A stretch of 10,567 bases of DNA from an uncultured Gammaproteobacteria bacterium (GTDB taxonomy: Bacteria > Patescibacteriota > Microgenomatia > Daviesbacterales > UBA10151): assembly GCA_964522265.1 (NCBI GenBank), contig CAZFVS010000031.1, forward strand, positions 1-10,567, written 5' to 3'. Positions 6,626 to 10,567 of the stretch are shown here, piece after piece. Within the stretch, counting starts at the first letter, position 1; the number at the start of each line of letters is the position of its first letter. The position numbers and the translations under genes were made by a program. The notes beneath the pieces were generated by a model that saw nothing but the letters and a program-made list of their open reading frames with translations, made no database searches and was not told the origin of the DNA.

Positions 6626-7257
6626 GCGAGCAAAAGATGTATCACATATGGGATCAGGTGCCGGTGGATTATTACCAGATAGGTACTAAGAACAACCTGT
6701 TCCAGAAAATTTGGCACAGGAAAAAGATAAAAAACTCGTTTTCAATATTAAGAGATTTAAAGTTCAAAAACTTTCTGGATATTGGGTGTGCCAGCGGTTA
6801 TTTTATTTCGGAAATAGCAAAAATTTATCCTCATGTCAAATTTTACGGTATTGATATTTACGATAAAGCAATCAGTTACGCCAAAACTGTATACCATAAT
6901 ATAGACTTCAAGGTTGCATCCGCGGAAAAATTGCCGTTTAAGAATGAAACGTTTGATTTGATAATAAATGTTGAAACAATAGAACATGTAGAAAATCCGG
7001 AGAAGGTTTTGGTAGAAATCAAAAGGGTTTTAAAAAAAAATGGTACCGCAATAATAACAATGGATTCAGGCAGTTTGCTTTTCAGGATCGTTTGGTTCAT
7101 TTGGGAAAACAGCACAGGGAGAGTTTGGAAGGGAGCTCATCTTCACCCGTTTCGACATGATGAGTTAGGAAGGATCATAAATGCAGCTGGTTTTAAAATT
7201 AAAAAGAAAATATTCTCAAATTTTGGTATGGAAGTAACATTTGTGTTCAGTAAATGA
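6622..7257 (+). CDS. Class I SAM-dependent methyltransferase (Methyltransf_11-like), 211 aa
   Basis: The start overlaps the upstream stop in an ATGA junction (6622-6625). Motif I is FLDIGCASGYF (aa 51-60, nt 6772-6801), followed by YGIDI and then LPFKNETFDLIINVETIEHVENPEKVLVEIKRVLKKNGTAIIT. These are the typical post-I to motif III elements of small-molecule or sugar methyltransferases. Confidence 0.9.
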   Translation: MSEQKMYHIWDQVPVDYYQIGTKNNLFQKIWHRKKIKNSFSILRDLKFKNFLDIGCASGYFISEIAKIYPHVKFYGIDIYDKAISYAKTVYHNIDFKVASAEKLPFKNETFDLIINVETIEHVENPEKVLVEIKRVLKKNGTAIITMDSGSLLFRIVWFIWENSTGRVWKGAHLHPFRHDELGRIINAAGFKIKKKIFSNFGMEVTFVFSK

Positions 7258-9101
7258 TTTTTATATCTAAAACTTACTGGTTTTTATTATTTATTTTTCT
7301 CACAATCACGATAATTTTTTTTCCTGGAAAAATATATGCCTACACGCAGGATTGCGGAGACAGATATTTAACTTTAATTAATCCTGTTAGAGGGAGAGCT
7401 TTTTGGAGGGATCAAAGTCTAAAACCAATATCAGACCAATACAATCTGATCTCACAATATAATTTTTCTGCAACATGGTTGGTTCAGTTTGACGCATTAC
7501 AAGACAAAGAGCTTGTGGAATATATAAAGAGTTTTAATGATTCTCAAGATATGGGTTTATTTCTGGAAATTTCTCCCAATCTTGCTGAAAAAGCCCGTGT
7601 AATTTACCAATACGATGCAGCATGGTCTGAACCCCAAGCGATATTTCTATCAGGCTATAGTCAGTCGGAAAGAATAAGATTAATAGACACTCTTGTTAAA
7701 GATTTTAGAGAAAATTTAGGCTATTATCCTAAAGCTGTTGGAGCCTGGTGGATTGATTCTTACTCAATCAATTATCTTAAAGAAAAATACGATATTAAAG
7801 CGGCATTAATTGTTGCTGACCAAAAAAGTACTGACCGTTATGGAGTTTGGGGACAGTGGTGGGGGTATCCTTATTATCCGTCAAAAGCTAATATTTTAAC
7901 CCCTGCAGATAATTTAAAAGATAAACAGGATATTGTCATTTTGCAGTGGGCCCAGAGGGATCTGTCTTCGGCTTATGGTGATGGGCCAAAATACTCAAAT
8001 TATTCTCTTCAGGCAAATGATTATACTAGCTTGGGTCAAGATACACAGTATTTTGAAAAGCTCACAAATGTATATTTAGATTGTAAAAATCCGATTGGTC
8101 AAATTACCGTCGGTTTGGAGACCGGCATTGAAAGCGTTGGTAATCTTGACGAGTATAAAAAACAACTCTTGATTCTCCGGAGCATGAAGAATTTAAAATC
8201 AGTATCGATGAGTGAATTTGCCTTTAAGTTTGCTGAAGTTTATCCCCAATTCCCTAAAGAGATAACGCTTGAGGATGATAATTCCGTATGGAATTTAAAT
8301 ACCAAATTCAGGTCAAACGGTAAACTAAATGATCTTGTTACGTATAAACAGACAACTTCTTTTAAGGATTATTTTGTAGCTGACAAAAGTAAATTTTTAA
8401 ACAGAAAGCTTGATGGAGCAATGATAAACGAAAGCGACTTTTTTATGAAATGGTTTATTTTTGCAGTCATAATACTCGGAATATTTTCATACTACAGGAG
8501 AAAATTTAAAGTATTTATTATTTCCACGCTTTTTGCAGTAGCCTCTTTTGGTTTGGTATTGAAATCTTATAATGAGTTTGGATGGAAAATATTCTTTGGC
8601 TCTGCGGTTGGTCATTTAGCTCTAACCCAAATTCTTTTGATTATTTTATCGTTTTTGGTAATCCTTATCCTGGCAAGATGGAGAAAAGTAAATTTATGGT
8701 TGGTGCCTTTGTCTTTTGCATTTGATCCGATAATTCAAGCTTTAAGATTTTCCATCATTTCCGGGCAATATCTACTGGGATTTGCAGTTGACAACCTGAG
8801 ATTTGTTGGTGTAGCTTTTGGGAGACCTTTCCATTTAGGTTTCGTAAACCAGGATCTTCCTGCATACCAGGCGGCAGCCCTCCTGCGTATTGATTATAAT
8901 AAGATTTGGAGTCATCCTTTACTCTCGCTTTTTATTTATCCTGTAATACACTTAGGGTTGGCAATAGTTTTATGGTATTTTTTAAATCGTCTTCCCCAAA
9001 AAACCAGGAATTTTTTAATTTTGCTTTTATCTTTACTGTTTGCCTGGCATTTAGCTAATATATTTCAAGCTGATCCCAGAGTTGTTACACCGGACTTTTA
9101 A
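7254..9101 (+). CDS. Membrane protein of unknown function: signal peptide/anchor, a roughly 365-aa extracytoplasmic alternating beta/alpha (barrel-like) domain, and a C-terminal polytopic domain of about 6-7 TM segments
   Basis: The start overlaps the upstream stop in an ATGA junction (7254-7257). The N-terminus is hydrophobic (YWFLLFIFLTITIIFF) and followed by an AxA-like site, KIYA/YT. The ectodomain (about nt 7341-8438) has periodic short hydrophobic strands: LTLINPVRG, ATWLVQFD, GLFLEIS, AVGAWWID, AALIVADQ, IVILQW and ITVGLETG. Four of the seven (GLFLEIS, AVGAWWID, AALIVADQ, ITVGLETG) carry an acidic residue at or near the strand end. This resembles glycoside-hydrolase or polysaccharide-deacetylase type (beta/alpha) barrels, but no canonical NodB His/Asp motifs are visible. 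The C-terminal TM block covers aa 396-605 (about nt 8439-9068). Confidence 0.8.
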   Translation: MIFISKTYWFLLFIFLTITIIFFPGKIYAYTQDCGDRYLTLINPVRGRAFWRDQSLKPISDQYNLISQYNFSATWLVQFDALQDKELVEYIKSFNDSQDMGLFLEISPNLAEKARVIYQYDAAWSEPQAIFLSGYSQSERIRLIDTLVKDFRENLGYYPKAVGAWWIDSYSINYLKEKYDIKAALIVADQKSTDRYGVWGQWWGYPYYPSKANILTPADNLKDKQDIVILQWAQRDLSSAYGDGPKYSNYSLQANDYTSLGQDTQYFEKLTNVYLDCKNPIGQITVGLETGIESVGNLDEYKKQLLILRSMKNLKSVSMSEFAFKFAEVYPQFPKEITLEDDNSVWNLNTKFRSNGKLNDLVTYKQTTSFKDYFVADKSKFLNRKLDGAMINESDFFMKWFIFAVIILGIFSYYRRKFKVFIISTLFAVASFGLVLKSYNEFGWKIFFGSAVGHLALTQILLIILSFLVILILARWRKVNLWLVPLSFAFDPIIQALRFSIISGQYLLGFAVDNLRFVGVAFGRPFHLGFVNQDLPAYQAAALLRIDYNKIWSHPLLSLFIYPVIHLGLAIVLWYFLNRLPQKTRNFLILLLSLLFAWHLANIFQADPRVVTPDF

Positions 9102-9114
9102 TATCTGTTAAAAT

Positions 9115-9119
9115 GAGGT
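9115..9119 (+). promoter_or_regulatory. Possible Shine-Dalgarno (GAGGT) for GTG 9121
   Basis: GAGGT sits in the 19-nt gap, but only 1 nt separates it from the GTG. That is shorter than the usual 5-9 nt spacing, so its function is uncertain. Confidence 0.35.
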
Positions 9120-9120
9120 A

Positions 9121-10137
9121 GTGAAAGTAGGTTTAGACATCTCACAGACAGCTCACCCGGGCGGGGTTGCATATTATACTCAAAATCTGGCCGAAAACCT
9201 AAGCAGTAATCCAGATCTTGATATGGTTTATTTCTATTCCTCGCTCAGAAAGCCTTACTGCGGAAATTTGAAGAATGTAAAATCTTATCGTTATCCGCCG
9301 ACTGCTTTGGAGGTGCTTTTTAATAAAATTCATCTTATCCCAATAGAAAAATTTTTAGGGTCTTTAGATGTATTGCATAGCTCTGATTGGACCCAACCCA
9401 AAACTAAAGCTAAAAAAATTACTACATACCATGACGTTGTTCCTTTAAAATACCCCCAATGGTCCCATCCGAAAATTGTTGCTGTACAAAAAAGAAGGCT
9501 TAAGATTGTAGAAAAAGAAATAGATATGGTGGTTGCGGTCTCGCAGTCAACAAAAAAAGATTTACTTGAAGTTTCGAAAATTCCGGAAGAAAAAATTACA
9601 ATAATTTATGAGGGGGTAGGGGAACAGTTTAAACCATCAGATCCAGGCAAGGTCCAAATTTTTAAAAGGGAGATGAGATTACCTAATAAGTTTGTATTGG
9701 CGGTTGGAGGGATAGGGGAGAGAAGAAATTTGAAAAGAGTTAAAGAGGCATCTAAAAACTACAACCTTATTATTACCGGAGAGAATTTTCCCTGGATTTC
9801 AGATGATAAACTTTCTTTGTTATATAACGCTGCAGACGCTTTGCTTTATCCATCGTTCTATGAAGGTTTCGGTTTACCAATACTGGAAGCTATGGCTAGC
9901 GGGACTCCTGTTATCACCTCGAGCATTTCCTCAATGCCTGAAGTAGGAGGGGAGGCAGCTGAATATGTCAATCCAGAATCAGTGATAGATATTGAAAATA
10001 AACTGAAGGTAGTTATGGAAGATAATAAAAAAAGAGAATCGATGGTAAAAAAGGGCTTGGTTCAGGCTAAAAAATTTTCCTGGCAAAAATGTGCTGAAGA
10101 AACAGCTGAGGTTTATAGAAAATTAGTAAAACAATGA
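9121..10137 (+). CDS. Glycosyltransferase family 4 (GT-B fold, Glycos_transf_1-type), 338 aa
   Basis: GTG 9121 is the first possible start, because an in-frame TAA lies at 9109-9111. It gives the GT4-typical N-terminus (M)KVGLDIS...GGVAYY. The E-x7-E signature is [21 protein letters not shown] (E248 at nt 9862-9864, E256 at nt 9886-9888). A GAGGT lies just upstream at 9115-9119. Confidence 0.9.
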   Translation: MKVGLDISQTAHPGGVAYYTQNLAENLSSNPDLDMVYFYSSLRKPYCGNLKNVKSYRYPPTALEVLFNKIHLIPIEKFLGSLDVLHSSDWTQPKTKAKKITTYHDVVPLKYPQWSHPKIVAVQKRRLKIVEKEIDMVVAVSQSTKKDLLEVSKIPEEKITIIYEGVGEQFKPSDPGKVQIFKREMRLPNKFVLAVGGIGERRNLKRVKEASKNYNLIITGENFPWISDDKLSLLYNAADALLYPSFYEGFGLPILEAMASGTPVITSSISSMPEVGGEAAEYVNPESVIDIENKLKVVMEDNKKRESMVKKGLVQAKKFSWQKCAEETAEVYRKLVKQ

Positions 10138-10161
10138 AAAAAATTTGGATTGATGTGAAAA

Positions 10162-10567
10162 ATGCTTAAGTTTTATTTGATAACCTTCTTGATCTTAAGC
10201 CTGATTCTTTTAAAGTTCTATCAACATCAAATTGATATGGATGGGGTTTCATATATCAGTATTGCCCATAAATATGCCAACGGTGATATTGGTGATGCAA
10301 TAAATGGTTATTGGGGCATGTTGTATCCGGTTCTGTTGGTACCGCTGGTATTCATGAAAGTTCCCGATTTATTAGCAACCAAGATATTAGCAATAGTGAC
10401 AGGAATACTGATATTGATTATTTTAAATAGGCTACTGTCAAAATTAAATTTTAATTCAACTTACAAACATATTTTTTTCATAACTGTTATTCCATCATTA
10501 CTGTATTTTGGCATGGATATATCAACTCCTGACCTGTTGTTAGCCTTTTGGATACTATGTTTTCTTA
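10162..10567 (+). CDS. 5' part of another GT-C-like polytopic membrane glycosyltransferase (partial, runs off the window end)
   Basis: This ORF is not in the supplied track because it is open-ended. ATG 10162 follows an in-frame TGA at 10156-10158. The translation is MLKFYLITFLILSLILLKFYQHQIDMDGVSYISIAHKYANGDIGDAINGYWGMLYPVLLVPLVF... TM1 is followed by D-M-D (nt 10234-10242) plus SYISIA and NGYW, which matches the first-loop motif layout of ArnT/PMT-like GT-C enzymes. More TM segments follow. Confidence 0.7.
   Translation, partial: MLKFYLITFLILSLILLKFYQHQIDMDGVSYISIAHKYANGDIGDAINGYWGMLYPVLLVPLVFMKVPDLLATKILAIVTGILILIILNRLLSKLNFNSTYKHIFFITVIPSLLYFGMDISTPDLLLAFWILCFL

Noticed and set aside
6757-7115. 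Minus-strand ORFs 6757-6987 (76 aa) and 6876-7115 (79 aa)
   Set aside because: Both are antisense to the second methyltransferase gene, they overlap each other, and their translations are low-complexity. They are shadow ORFs in AT-rich sequence.
507-7322. Homopolymer tracts inside coding regions as possible slipped-strand phase-variation switches (A8 507-514, T9 2434-2442, A8 3982-3989, A8 5996-6003, T8 6093-6100, A9 7032-7040, T8 7315-7322)
   Set aside because: In a genome this AT-rich, A/T runs of 7-9 encoding Lys-Lys or Phe-Phe are expected and occur throughout the window. All are currently in frame. Without population or read-level length variation there is no evidence for phase variation. 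They would be worth checking only if read data exist.
9106-9114. Extended -10-like motif TGTTAAAAT in the 19-nt gap before GTG 9121
   Set aside because: There is no acceptable -35. The best candidate, TTACAC at 18-nt spacing, matches 2 of 6 positions. The predicted transcript start would fall on the GTG itself, giving a leaderless GUG message. TA-rich hexamers are also abundant by chance in this sequence. The evidence is too weak to call a promoter.
130-10137. Possibility of an alternative genetic code with TGA read as sense, as in some candidate-phyla bacteria and Mollicutes
   Set aside because: Six genes end at TGA (130-132, 4403-4405, 5821-5823, 6623-6625, 7255-7257, 10135-10137), each exactly where the next gene starts or overlaps. 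None of the long ORFs needs read-through of an internal TGA. The standard bacterial code fits.
1-10567. Checked for CRISPR arrays, tRNA/rRNA genes, transposases or integrases, toxin-antitoxin or defence-system genes
   Set aside because: There are no spaced direct-repeat arrays, no cloverleaf-like GC-rich segments and no ORFs with recombinase or nuclease-type motifs. The window is saturated by the glycan-assembly genes on one strand.

Overview
AT-rich window (about one-third G+C by eye) that is almost entirely coding. Eleven CDS, two of them partial at the window edges, all lie on the + strand. The called non-coding gaps total 46 nt (133-135, 9102-9120, 10138-10161), and 7 of 10 gene junctions overlap (35, 19, 14, 4, 23, 4 and 4 nt). 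This looks like one translationally coupled operon for extracytoplasmic glycan assembly. It has four to five polytopic GT-C-type glycosyltransferases (ArnT/PMT/YfhO-like), two GT4 (GT-B) enzymes, one GT2 (GT-A) enzyme with hydrophobic C-terminal segments, and two tandem class I SAM methyltransferases. It also has a 615-aa protein that joins a signal-anchored, barrel-like ectodomain to a C-terminal multi-TM domain. TGA acts as a stop, so the standard bacterial code applies. I found no rRNA, tRNA, CRISPR array, transposase or integrase. The clearest sequence-level anomaly is a GC-rich island at about 5824-5965 on the boundary between the GT-C gene and the first methyltransferase gene. It holds two copies of an 8-bp-stem hairpin with identical 5' arms and a near-perfect 18-bp palindrome. 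The shared 12-mer sits in different reading phases of the annotated ORF, which points to a nucleic-acid-level element rather than a protein feature. All functional calls come from motif recognition in the translations, with no database search, so family assignments are provisional. The taxon cannot be fixed. The gene style fits an uncultivated AT-rich bacterium, possibly CPR/Patescibacteria-like, but that is a guess.
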